Source of the DNA: a virus
Lineage: Duplodnaviria > Caudoviricetes
Strand: one strand, 5' to 3'
Virus record (IMG/VR): IMGVR_UViG_3300017774_000291
Coordinates: 1-46,210 of that record
DNA: 46,210 nt
A program made the position numbers and the translations under genes. Under the pieces are notes generated by a model. That model was not told the DNA's origin and ran no database searches. It worked only from the letters and a program-made list of their open reading frames with translations. Every line of letters begins with the position of its first letter. Position 1 is the stretch's first letter. Positions 10,012-20,800 of the stretch are shown piece by piece.

Positions 10012-10151
10012 TGTATTGTTTTACCATATTTTTGAGGGTTATGATACATATCTCGCTTTCCACATATAAGACAATATAATTCTAAATGATCGTGGGATGA
10101 AAATACCCTATCAACGAACATTTTTCCACTACACTTAGTGCATTTCAACAT
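9957..10151 (-). CDS. small Zn-ribbon protein
   Basis: CTKC...CLICG. Confidence 0.75.
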   Translation of the reverse strand: MLKCTKCSGKMFVDRVFSSHDHLELYCLICGKRDMYHNPQKYGKTIQWIMQQERERAKKNGSHL

Positions 10152-10176
10152 AATTTGCCATTCTATTAATCAAGTC

Positions 10177-10185
10177 AGTATACCA
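10177..10185 (-). promoter_or_regulatory. extended -10 promoter TGGTATACT heading the replication operon
   Basis: TGn-TATACT in intergenic gap; same ATATGGTATACT recurs at 34107-34118. Confidence 0.55.
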
Positions 10186-10189
10186 TATT

Positions 10190-10621
10190 TTACTGAGGTA
10201 GGCCTACAACAATAGAATTAACACTTAGGTTAACTGTTCCAGCCTCATTGTATCTTACAATACCCTTGGCCAAACTTGTTGTTATATTAGTTAAAACAAT
10301 AGTAACGTTATTACCAGCATTAGACCCAGTATTATTCAATACCGTCACAGTTACTACTGGAGTATATTTGTAATTAGTTGGATAACTTATTGTAAACTCT
10401 TCTGTTTGTCCACCGCTAACGCTTGTAGCAACAAGTGGCTTGGTTTCTGCATAAAACTTAAGACTTGATGTTCCAACCGATCCAGTGTCTTTATTAACCT
10501 GAGAACTGCTACTAGCCTTTACGGTAAGAGCATTGGTTAAAGTATTGACCTGTTCTGTTATATCATAAATGATATTAACGTCTAGTGGTTGGCCACGTTC
10601 TGGTAATGATAAAGCACCCAT
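10190..10621 (-). CDS. putative minor tail protein
   Basis: beta-rich, last gene of tail block, GGAGG SD. Confidence 0.55.
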   Translation of the reverse strand: MGALSLPERGQPLDVNIIYDITEQVNTLTNALTVKASSSSQVNKDTGSVGTSSLKFYAETKPLVATSVSGGQTEEFTISYPTNYKYTPVVTVTVLNNTGSNAGNNVTIVLTNITTSLAKGIVRYNEAGTVNLSVNSIVVGLPQ

Positions 10622-10636
10622 AATACCTCCAGTATA

Positions 10637-11221
10637 TCACGATAGGGCGTAGATGAGTCCTTCTACGTCTGCAACATTTTGATTAATTTGAGTTACGCTA
10701 GCACTTATGTTTGTTACTGATGCTGAAAGTGATGCCGTATCTCTTAGATCAATTAAGTTTAAAATACTTGTTTCAAATATTTTTAAAGATTGAGTTTCAA
10801 CTGGCTCTCCATCAATATATTGTGATGGATACTGTCCTTTAATCCTAACGGTAGCACTACCGCTATTTGAAATGCTAATTCCGTTTGCATTCATCCTATT
10901 ATAGAAATCATATGATGAACCGTCCCATTTAACAAAAATATCATAATTTTTTATAAACTCACTGTAGTCTGTTCCTGGAGAATCAAGTGTAACTGATATT
11001 GCATCGTTTCTACTATCATATATTGCACTTGCTGAGAAAGCAATAAAGCCTTGTTGATTTTCATTGCTATAAACTATTTGACTATTGTTGATTATTTTAA
11101 ATATAGGAGACCAATATGATATAACGTTCTTATCTTCTGTAATAATTCTAAATCTAAATTTTTGAGTACCGTCTGAGGCTGGAGGTGGAAGTTGGTCTAA
11201 TGGGACTATAAATTTTGCCAT
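10637..11221 (-). CDS. putative minor tail protein
   Basis: tail block position, C-terminal coiled-coil-like tail with SASV repeats. Confidence 0.55.
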   Translation of the reverse strand: MAKFIVPLDQLPPPASDGTQKFRFRIITEDKNVISYWSPIFKIINNSQIVYSNENQQGFIAFSASAIYDSRNDAISVTLDSPGTDYSEFIKNYDIFVKWDGSSYDFYNRMNANGISISNSGSATVRIKGQYPSQYIDGEPVETQSLKIFETSILNLIDLRDTASLSASVTNISASVTQINQNVADVEGLIYALS

Positions 11222-12327
11222 TAGGAAACACTTACTCCAAATCTATATTCAATATAGTTGTTAGTGTTCTCAACTTTAATAATTGGATATCCATTTGAAG
11301 TTCTTGCAACATTATATCCAACTAGTGAGTATAAAGGATTTGATGTGCTTTCGTTTTCTAGTCTCATTCCATCAAAAGATATGTAGTACTGATTATCGGT
11401 CCCATTGCCACTGGTAACAAATGCTGTAATTTTTATTAAGTTTATTTGACCCCAGGAAAAGTCTGTATCTTTTGTAAAACTTCCTAAAGGTATATCTAAA
11501 ATTTTATATCTAGTAGGAAGAACTCCACTACTAGTTGTAACATTAAAATCATTTTGAACAAGATTTTTTGTAAAGGTAGCCTTTGGTCTAGATCCTACAT
11601 TATTAATAAAGTCTATTTTAATTGTAGTTGTTGCTGGAATTGAGTTTGAATTAGCAGTTTTATTTACTAATGACATAGCAAGTCTAATCTTATCTTGAGG
11701 TAAGTTTTGGCTAAGGTCAAAATTAAATGTAGAGTTTTCAATTGAATATGAAGAACTGTCTCCTCTAACCATTAATGCCTTGTTTAAAAATCTTGAAGGC
11801 TCATGTTTATTTTTTCTATTGGTATCATTAAAAATTCTATCATTGGCATTAAAGTAAAAGATTTTATCAGAAACATTAATATCTGTTGTACTAGTATTTC
11901 CATTATCAAGTGCAACAACTTCTGCTACGGCAGATGCTGATGTGACGCTGGCTGAGGTAAAGTTATATAGCCAAGACTCTGCTGTTGAAAAAGTTATTAG
12001 GAGTTTGCTATCATATTGATTTGCTATTGAGTTTCTTATTGCTGGAAATACTCCAACTTCTGTAATTTGATATCTTTGGTCAGATGGCATTTCTGCTTTA
12101 AAGACAATTTTGTCTACCCCATTTTCTCTAACAAATCCTTTAGACAATATAGGAACCCTAAACATTTCAAAATCTAAATTTTTTCTTGCTGCATCATAGT
12201 AAGGTGAGGCAGCATTTGCTTGAGTAAATGGCACATTGCCAGAACCCGCAGCAAGATATGCAGCAAACTCTGGTGCCTGCCCAAGCAGGTATTTTGCTAT
12301 AATCTGTTTACCATTATTAGTTATCAT
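11221..12327 (-). CDS. putative tail/baseplate protein
   Basis: MITNNGKQII N-terminus and ITEVGVF motif typical of baseplate/fibre-attachment proteins. Confidence 0.6.
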   Translation of the reverse strand: MITNNGKQIIAKYLLGQAPEFAAYLAAGSGNVPFTQANAASPYYDAARKNLDFEMFRVPILSKGFVRENGVDKIVFKAEMPSDQRYQITEVGVFPAIRNSIANQYDSKLLITFSTAESWLYNFTSASVTSASAVAEVVALDNGNTSTTDINVSDKIFYFNANDRIFNDTNRKNKHEPSRFLNKALMVRGDSSSYSIENSTFNFDLSQNLPQDKIRLAMSLVNKTANSNSIPATTTIKIDFINNVGSRPKATFTKNLVQNDFNVTTSSGVLPTRYKILDIPLGSFTKDTDFSWGQINLIKITAFVTSGNGTDNQYYISFDGMRLENESTSNPLYSLVGYNVARTSNGYPIIKVENTNNYIEYRFGVSVS

Positions 12328-12328
12328 A

Positions 12329-12742
12329 TTAAGACCTTACCCTATAAATTGTACCACTAGTGTCTATTTCAATTTCTAAAGATTCATTTATACCCATATT
12401 ATTTAAATTAATAACTATGTTTCCATTTTCAATATAAGCATAGTTTCCATCTTCTGGCAGCCTATTTATAAGATCTATTCCATATACGTCAAATAATGAA
12501 TTGCTTGATTTTGTAGCAGACAATAGACTGATAGGATCAAACTCTCTATTGATTGAAGATAGATTAGATATAACATTGTAGAAAGGATTTATTCCTTCTA
12601 CCGTGTCATGTTTGGTAAACTTTGTTAATTCTAAAGATGATAGGTTTTCAAAAAGAAGGTTTTGTATTTGTGCAACGTCAACCCCTGGATCGTCTAAATT
12701 AACTACAACGTCTCTTGTCGGAATCTTTACTGGATCTGCCAT
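12329..12742 (-). CDS. putative minor tail protein
   Basis: tail block position, coupled ORF. Confidence 0.55.
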   Translation of the reverse strand: MADPVKIPTRDVVVNLDDPGVDVAQIQNLLFENLSSLELTKFTKHDTVEGINPFYNVISNLSSINREFDPISLLSATKSSNSLFDVYGIDLINRLPEDGNYAYIENGNIVINLNNMGINESLEIEIDTSGTIYRVRS

Positions 12743-15700
12743 TATACTTCAACCATCCTTAACTTAGTTTCTGGTCCACCCGATGCTGACGAGTACTCCA
12801 TTTCGTAAACAACAAACTTTTTATCCTTATCTACAAACCTATGACCACTTGGCATTACATAGTCTATTGATACTATGTCTCCTAATTGTATCGTAGATGC
12901 ACCAAATACGGAAGCGGCAATGTCTTTTCTTTGTCTTAATGTTTTTTGTATAATCCAAGACATCAAAGATTCTGCCTCATCTTTATTTTGAATGTATATT
13001 GATTCTAATGAAAATCCTTTTTTGCCATACTTTGATCTGCTGAGTCTTATGTCTTGATATAACTGTTCTGCACTTATAGGAGAAAATATAGTTCTGTCAA
13101 CATATTTATCGCTATATACCGTAGAATTATCTTTAACAAATTCATCTACAGATAGTGTGTGACTTGTGCTTTGAGTAAAGGTGATGCCGTGAATCTTTAG
13201 ATAGTTAGAAGAGTTTTCTCCCAAGACTATTGTCTTGTCTGTAGAGTTAAAGATTAAGAACTCTGCTCCATATGATCCAGCCCTAAATCCAGATATGGTA
13301 AACGATCTTTCACTACTAAAGGTCTTTGCTATTTGTGCAATGAATGCCGGATATGCTTGATCATACTTGATATTAAAGTATGCACACTCTCTCATAATAG
13401 TTCCAAATTCTTCAAAGTAGATATCATATTTTGTAGGACTATCTATTCCTATATTGGATAGATATGATCCTTTTACTAATCCAGATACTGCATATCTTCT
13501 TAATGCATCTGAAGAAGTTATTTGATTATTATAAAATGTTTGATCTATTTCTTTAATTACCGCAGTATTTGTTTGTTGGCTTTGTAGATTTTTTAATGCA
13601 TAGATGTTTTCAAACATGCATTTTGAAGATCCTCTAACAAACAAGGCTGCGTTGTTATATACTGGCAATGGCTCTGCATCGTCAACAATTGCCACCAATT
13701 TATTGTTTATGTATAAATAGAACCTTCTAGTAGTTCCAATGTTTTCATACTCCACTGCTAAATCGTATACTGTAGGATTTTCAATATTCATAAGTCTGTC
13801 TTGTCCAACAAAGCCCCCATCGTCAACCAATATTTGTGACAGCCCTCCCCATAACTTTTTAGGGATTGCCTGGTGTACATCTGAGCCTATTGTTCCTGGT
13901 ACTACTTTGTAAAACATAACATTTTCTAATACTGTGTCCTGACCATTTGTAGTTGATACATTGTAGTCTTGCAAGTTACTTCCTGTTAAAGCACATATTT
14001 CAAAATAGTATCCGTAGTTTGTTGTTGGGTTTACCATGACACCTAAACCACCAGAGCCACCTGAAACAATTGCGTCCTCTACGATATAGTATTCTGAAGC
14101 GTTTGTTGCTGTCTGCAATTCATCTGTTGATTCTGGCTTTCCAATAATTCTCATTCTAGTTCCAAAATGTTTAAAGTCATTTGTCATTTCTTTATAAATA
14201 TATGTAACAAAGTTTTTAGGAGTTACTCCTGTTGTCATTGGGTTGGGTCCAGTAAATACTAATGCTGATGATTGTATTGTTGCAGCAGAAGTTGTTTTTT
14301 GATATCTAATAACATCATCTGATGGAACAGTTTGTCTTAGAAAGTTTGCAACTACTCCATTTCTACTTGATCTAGTTGCTGTTCCGTTATCAACACCAAC
14401 TGCTTGACCTAGTGCTTGAAAAGTTGGAACTGTTAATACTGTTTGTGCTGAGCCAGATACATATTGTGGATATACGGTATCAACAAAACCATATCTATTG
14501 TCAACCTCTATTGGTGCTAGGGTATTAAATAAATATTCAGATTTCATATTCATACCTCTAAGGTAAGTATTGTCAGACCAGTAGTCTGGTAATCCAGCAC
14601 TATGATCGGTTATTTTTGTTCCAAACTGTGCTCTGCCATGTTCTTTAACTGCACCATTCTTATATACAGTTCCATTACCACCTAATTGATAATATGGCTT
14701 AACATAAATTCTTACATTTCCTGTTCTAAACATTTTTCCATTAAATGGCAATTGTCCAAAGTATTGTTCGTATTGCTTTGAATTAGTAATCCATACTTTG
14801 TTAGATAGTACTGGTGTTGTACTTATTAAAGGATCATTTGTTATTTCTACCCCGCCGTATACCATGTACTCTATGGCATCGTATCTTATTATTTCACCAT
14901 TAGCATATAGGTATCCATTAAACTTTTGTAACCACATAACGTTCTCGCCTAAATCAATTACGTTATTTTTAATAATATTTAACTCAACGTATGGCTCTAC
15001 ATCTGGTATGTTAGAGTTTAGTGGTGCTGCTGAAAGAGTATAGTCTCCTGAAGAAGCCGCTTCATTTTGAGATATCTGAAATTGTTGTTGGGCTATTTCC
15101 CAAAGAAGGACTGGTTTGTATACATATGTTATATCTTCATCTATATATGATGCTTGGCTTAAACTTGATGGTGACTTTTGAATATATCTATTTGTATAGT
15201 TTATTTGTCCATCATTAATAATAGGAGTTTCTCCATCTATTAAATCAAAGATGTTAGATAGTTTATAATTTGTACCCGGCACATCTGCTGTTGGATTACT
15301 TAAAGATACCTCTGGGGTTGTTTGTCCGTATAGAGTTAGGTCTGTTGATCTTTTATCTTGATCAGGCATCAAGTATTCTTTTGGCATTACAACAAAGTTA
15401 TTGTATTCATCAAAAAACATTGCTGACTGAGTTGATATCGCAAGTCTCTCAAGAACTTCTGCAACGCTTACGTCTGGCTCTACAAAAAAATATGGAATGA
15501 TTGGATCATAGATGTAGTTATTTTCAAATGCTTTAAATACATAGTTGCTAAACCCAATGTTGTCTAGAAGTATTGCTACTGCCGCTGTTAGGGTTACGTT
15601 CTTTAAAAATATAGTTGGTGCAACAGATGTTTCTAGTCTGAAGTATGCATCTCTTAATTGTATGGTGATATCGTTAAGCCCACCTACTGCCTTTGGAAAG

Positions 15701-17214
15701 GTCTCTGCGTAAAGGCTCTTTAATGGAACAAACTTATCATACTTAAGGCCATCTATATCTGTTACCTTTAAAACTCTTTCATAAAAGTCAAACTTAATAT
15801 TGTTCTTTAGTTTATCTGAAACAACGCTATCTGTATTTTGCTCACTAAAGGCTGAGTCAAAGTTCATTAGGGTGATTGACCCATTGGATGCTACAAGGCC
15901 TCCTACAGGGATTCCTGAGTCGTTTTTAGCCATTGCTTTGTTGAAGTTGAACCCAAGTGTATAGTCTGACATATCGGCCTTAATTCTTGGCGATAATTCA
16001 ATTAGATCAAAAGGATTATCTGGAGAGTTCATTGTTTTAATAACTAGTCTTAAACCCTTTAATTTTATAAAGTCTCTATATATCCTAGCATTGTTAGTAT
16101 TTACATATTTAGGATCTACCAAAGATCTTGCTAATCCTGTTTGTTTTGTATCTTCATAGTTTATATTACTATCTTGTAATAAAGAAAATCCATAGTTTGG
16201 AGTATATGATTCCCATATCTTTCTATTACTATTGTCATTCCATATATAAAGAGTTCCCATGTTTGTTTCACTACCCCCGACTAAATAGGCATCTCCATGA
16301 TTATTGTTGAAGTCTAGTCCTGGCAATTGTGTTTGTAAATCTAAGTAGTCTACAAAGTTAAAATATTGTCTATAGTCATTTGGTGCTATAAGTCCATAGT
16401 ATGCTTCTACGTATCCGTCCCAAGGAACTATCTCACTACCGTCTCTACGAGTAGAGTTTTCATCAAATGATATTGCATCGACCCAAGTATTAGTGTCATC
16501 AAGATACTGGATAGACCAAACTTTTGGAATGCTAGACTTTGTTCTGTCATTAAGTGGATTCTTTATAGTTTCATCTGTATAGATTCTTACTGTCTCGGAT
16601 GAGTTTTCATCATCTGATAAATTGGTTTGCATCTTTACAACTACTCTATTAGCAAACATAGATTCTTTATAAACCACAAATGGGCAGGAGTCTTCTATGT
16701 AGTAACCTAGTGCAGTTTCAGTTTGAGAAGATATTCCTCTTTCAACATTATCTTCTTTTCTGTATGATGTCCAGTATTTAAACTTGTCATATTTAGAAGC
16801 CATGTAGTATCTTGGTCTTGTTCCAGATCTAATGTTATCTATATATTTATTTTTTCTAAGAACTACCTTGTTAATTCCAGACCTTGGTCTAAATGGTAAA
16901 AAACAATCTTCCAAACTGTAATATAACTTTCTAGATAATTCGGGGGTAACAAAAGAAATAGGAGTCTGTCCATCATTCTCTACTACATACTCTGTCTTAA
17001 TAGAAGAGTCTAATGCATTTATAAATGTTGCATCATCATTATTAAAATTTATTGGAAGGTTATTAAAAGAAGATCCTAATGGTCTATATCTATAATTGCC
17101 AGATGCTGATATGTTTTCTAAATCATTTAAATTCCATTCCCCTACTATAAATGATTTAATCTGTAGAGTAGTATTTTGCTCAATATGAGATTTTAAAACG
17201 CTATCTTGAAACAT
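12742..17214 (-). CDS. large tail tip / baseplate hub protein
   Basis: 1490 aa, second gene after tape measure; hub-like LERLAISTQSAMFFDEYNNF and IQLGDIVSI motifs. Confidence 0.7.
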   Translation of the reverse strand: MFQDSVLKSHIEQNTTLQIKSFIVGEWNLNDLENISASGNYRYRPLGSSFNNLPINFNNDDATFINALDSSIKTEYVVENDGQTPISFVTPELSRKLYYSLEDCFLPFRPRSGINKVVLRKNKYIDNIRSGTRPRYYMASKYDKFKYWTSYRKEDNVERGISSQTETALGYYIEDSCPFVVYKESMFANRVVVKMQTNLSDDENSSETVRIYTDETIKNPLNDRTKSSIPKVWSIQYLDDTNTWVDAISFDENSTRRDGSEIVPWDGYVEAYYGLIAPNDYRQYFNFVDYLDLQTQLPGLDFNNNHGDAYLVGGSETNMGTLYIWNDNSNRKIWESYTPNYGFSLLQDSNINYEDTKQTGLARSLVDPKYVNTNNARIYRDFIKLKGLRLVIKTMNSPDNPFDLIELSPRIKADMSDYTLGFNFNKAMAKNDSGIPVGGLVASNGSITLMNFDSAFSEQNTDSVVSDKLKNNIKFDFYERVLKVTDIDGLKYDKFVPLKSLYAETFPKAVGGLNDITIQLRDAYFRLETSVAPTIFLKNVTLTAAVAILLDNIGFSNYVFKAFENNYIYDPIIPYFFVEPDVSVAEVLERLAISTQSAMFFDEYNNFVVMPKEYLMPDQDKRSTDLTLYGQTTPEVSLSNPTADVPGTNYKLSNIFDLIDGETPIINDGQINYTNRYIQKSPSSLSQASYIDEDITYVYKPVLLWEIAQQQFQISQNEAASSGDYTLSAAPLNSNIPDVEPYVELNIIKNNVIDLGENVMWLQKFNGYLYANGEIIRYDAIEYMVYGGVEITNDPLISTTPVLSNKVWITNSKQYEQYFGQLPFNGKMFRTGNVRIYVKPYYQLGGNGTVYKNGAVKEHGRAQFGTKITDHSAGLPDYWSDNTYLRGMNMKSEYLFNTLAPIEVDNRYGFVDTVYPQYVSGSAQTVLTVPTFQALGQAVGVDNGTATRSSRNGVVANFLRQTVPSDDVIRYQKTTSAATIQSSALVFTGPNPMTTGVTPKNFVTYIYKEMTNDFKHFGTRMRIIGKPESTDELQTATNASEYYIVEDAIVSGGSGGLGVMVNPTTNYGYYFEICALTGSNLQDYNVSTTNGQDTVLENVMFYKVVPGTIGSDVHQAIPKKLWGGLSQILVDDGGFVGQDRLMNIENPTVYDLAVEYENIGTTRRFYLYINNKLVAIVDDAEPLPVYNNAALFVRGSSKCMFENIYALKNLQSQQTNTAVIKEIDQTFYNNQITSSDALRRYAVSGLVKGSYLSNIGIDSPTKYDIYFEEFGTIMRECAYFNIKYDQAYPAFIAQIAKTFSSERSFTISGFRAGSYGAEFLIFNSTDKTIVLGENSSNYLKIHGITFTQSTSHTLSVDEFVKDNSTVYSDKYVDRTIFSPISAEQLYQDIRLSRSKYGKKGFSLESIYIQNKDEAESLMSWIIQKTLRQRKDIAASVFGASTIQLGDIVSIDYVMPSGHRFVDKDKKFVVYEMEYSSASGGPETKLRMVEV

Positions 17215-17855
17215 TAGACTTCCTCTAGAGTTACAGACACATTACAAAAATCGTAAGTATTTCTACCTCTTTTAACAACTGTCAAATCAAATGATGAAAA
17301 ATAAACTTCTACTAGTTCATTGTATTCACTAAGTCTATTAAATTGTGGGTCATCATTTGCATCTAACATATTGCTATATTTGTCAGCAGCAATCATCATC
17401 CAGAATGATCCAGGATTACTGTTGTACCAACGTCTCATCTCTTCTGCTCCAGCACCACCATCTGAGGTGTACTGTGTTAGGGATGCTGCATCAGGCTTTC
17501 CGTCTGCTCCAAACTCAGGATCTTTATTAAATGCTCTTGATGGAATCATTTCCCAATTAAGACTTACTCTTAGTTTATCTGCTACATGATAAGAACGCAT
17601 CTTAGCATTGATAGTTCTTTTTCTATTTTCAATTCTGTCACAAGAGTATTGAATTGGCTGTCTATTGTCATCTGTAAGTATTATGAAGTCTTCATATTCT
17701 ACCCCGGTTGGAACAAGTGTGGTTGCTCCAGCAATAGATAAATGTGTATCTTTTGTTCCATATGTTTTAGACCAAGCAATTGCTTGTGGTCTTTTAGGAA
17801 GGTTGCTTAAGTTCCAGCGGCCGTTTAAATATGAACTACTAGACAACTTTAACAC
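17214..17855 (-). CDS. putative distal tail protein
   Basis: immediately downstream of tape measure; ends VSVTLEEV. Confidence 0.6.
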   Translation of the reverse strand: MLKLSSSSYLNGRWNLSNLPKRPQAIAWSKTYGTKDTHLSIAGATTLVPTGVEYEDFIILTDDNRQPIQYSCDRIENRKRTINAKMRSYHVADKLRVSLNWEMIPSRAFNKDPEFGADGKPDAASLTQYTSDGGAGAEEMRRWYNSNPGSFWMMIAADKYSNMLDANDDPQFNRLSEYNELVEVYFSSFDLTVVKRGRNTYDFCNVSVTLEEV

Positions 17856-20800
17856 CTCTTAGGCTTCTTGACTCTACTTGTTTAATCTTAGACATTACAG
17901 CATTTGCTATTTCGTCAGGTGAGGCATCTGTTCCTGCAACATTAACATTAACGCTATAACTATTATTATACAGGTTAGAATTATTTTTTGCACTACCCTT
18001 TGGCATTGCTGCTCCTGGATAAATATTTCCATTTAATTGTTCTAGCAATGGCATGTAAGCATTAGCAACTGATTTTCTAATTACAAATTCTCCAGGTGTT
18101 AGTAATGCTGGAACTCTATCAGTATTTCCCATTCCTGGAACCATACTTCCGTAAGCCATTTTAATTGCTGGAGGGGCTTCTTTAGATCCTTTATAGTTAA
18201 CCATTCCACCCATTGCATAACGTGTTCCATTAATCTTTAGTCCATATCTACTAATTAATAAATCTCTTTCACCTTCACTCAAAACTTTATTAGCACTATT
18301 ATTAATAAATCTATTAAAATCTGAACGTGCATTTGCTTTAGGTGTGCCCTTTAATTGTTGATCTATTGCGTCAGTTATTTGTTTTGCTCTTTTTACGTAT
18401 TTATCTTGTTGTGCCATTGGTGGCTCTGAGCCAGTTCCGCTTCCTGGTGTTTGAGGAGTTCCTCCACTACCAAAGCCTGGAACTGAAGCACCCATGCCAG
18501 ATAATACTGCAGCAATTTGTTTGTAAAGATCAAGTATTGATGTTGTAGCAGCCAAAGTTTTTAATTCTAACTGATATCTGCTATCTGCTAACTGTTCTTG
18601 TAGTCTTAAGATAGGAATTTTTTCTTCTTCTATTTTTTTAATATCTAAACCTATTTGATATATTCTTTCATTTGATGCTTTGATAGCGTCTTCAATTTCT
18701 TTTCTTGTCATCAATACGCCATTAACGGTTATCTTTATTGCCTTAATAGCATTTTCTCTTTGAACCTCTAGGGCTTTTCTAGCATCTTCTATTTTATATA
18801 ATGCCTCTTGAGATGTTATTTCAGCAGCGGCTTGTGCTGCAGCCCCAATATCTCCACTTGTAAGTGCTGTTGCTAAACTAATTCTTGATTTTTGTCTAGA
18901 AGCATTTCTTTGGTTTGCATTATCAACCTTGTCTAATGCTTCAACTCTTTTATTATATGCTTCATTAATTTTTTCTTCTTCTTCTGATATTTTATCTAGA
19001 GACTTTTGTCTTATTTCATTTAAATCTTGCTCTTGATTAATTTCTCTTTGTTTTGAGTTTATTCTTCTATCAATTAATGTTAGTTGTCTGCTATAAATTT
19101 TATCTTGAAAATCAACAATTTGTAATTGTCTTTCTTCTGCTGTCATAGTACTTGCTAATATTTCATTTCTTCTTTGTAGCAATTGTTGAAATTCTTGTTC
19201 TGCTTTTTTTCTATCTTTTGTATTTTTAATACCAGCAATTTGTATGGCTAGTTCTTGGCTCATAGAATTTATAGCCATTGGAGATACTTTGTCTTTTTGT
19301 AGTTGCACAAGTGCCTGTTGATATTGTTTTGTAAGTTTAAGTTCTTCCCTCATTTGTTGAAGTGGGCTTTTTTCTCCAGTGCCTGTAGGGGTAGGAGAAG
19401 TTTCTGTTGTAGTTTTAGTTAGTCCTAACTTAGCAAGTGCATCTGCCCCTTGGCCAGGTCTTTGAACTTTTGTATTTGTTGCTAGTTGTAGTAGATTTAA
19501 GGTTTCTTTATCTCCAGCGTTTAATGCACCAATTAATACTGGTATTGTAAGAGGATCTAATTGTTTTCCAGCCATTTTTAAAACAGTTTCAAGCATGCTA
19601 GCATACGGTCCACCAAACTTTGCAATAATTTCAGTTTGAACTTTGCTATTTGATATATCTTTGTTTGTTTTTCTTAAATATTTATTTACTTCATCTATAT
19701 TAGATTTTATTTTTGGTGCTATTTCTCCAAATTTAATAACATCGTCTAAGTTTCCAGTATCTATTTGTAATTGAGTTCTTACAGATTCCGGTAAAGAAAG
19801 AATATTGGCTAACTGTCTTTGTACTTTATCTATATCAATTTCTTTTCCATCTTGTGTAATTTGAAAATTTATTATTTGTTCTTGAAGATTTGCATCGGAC
19901 AATCTTCCTATCTTAGCCATATAATCCTGAACACTTAGGCCTGCCTTTGTAGCATTGGCTTCTAAATTGCTTAATTGTTTATCGTCTAATCCAGCAATTT
20001 GAGCAGCAACATTTAAACTCATTTCTCCACTTAGTATCAAAGATTTTAATTTAGTTGCTATTCCTGTACTACCCTTGGCTAACTTATTAATCGCTGTATC
20101 AAAATCTGATTTAATATATTCAATTCCAGCATTTTTAAAGGCTTCTGTTACGCCAGCATTTATTGTTTTAGTTACTGGCCCTATAACATTGTTTAAATTA
20201 TTAAGAGCAACTGCTGCCGCTCTATTAGCAGTAGTATTCTGAGGTTTTCCTTGTATAGATTTTATCGCCACATCGTAATCTTGTATGGCTTTTTTAACAT
20301 CTTCTTTGTTAAAGAAATTTCCCATAATTTTTTGACTTGGAGAATTTTGTGCCATATTGTTTATAGTTCTAATATATTCTTCTGCAGATATTTTATTTTC
20401 TTGTAAGGCTAATGTAACAGTTGCTCTTGCTTCTCTTTCAATGGCTGCTGCCTGAACTGCTGCTTCTGCAATAAGTCCTTGTTGTATTTTATATTCTTGA
20501 GAAGATTTTACATCAAATAATTTAGTAATTCCCCCTACAAATCCTTTTGTTTGCTCTTCATATAAAAATTGTGATTGTTTTTTAATAGCCTGCTCGTCTA
20601 TTTTAGGAATTATAGATGATATAATTTCCATAGGATTGTCAAGAACATTTTTTCCATCTCTACCCACTATTTTTGTGATTTGAGCAGAAACGTCTATTCC
20701 TATTTGCTGATTACCTAACTCTACGCCAATTTCTGTTGCAATAGCCTTTGCTTCATCTGGAGTAATTATTCCAGAGACTACTTGTCTTATTAGTTGGTTA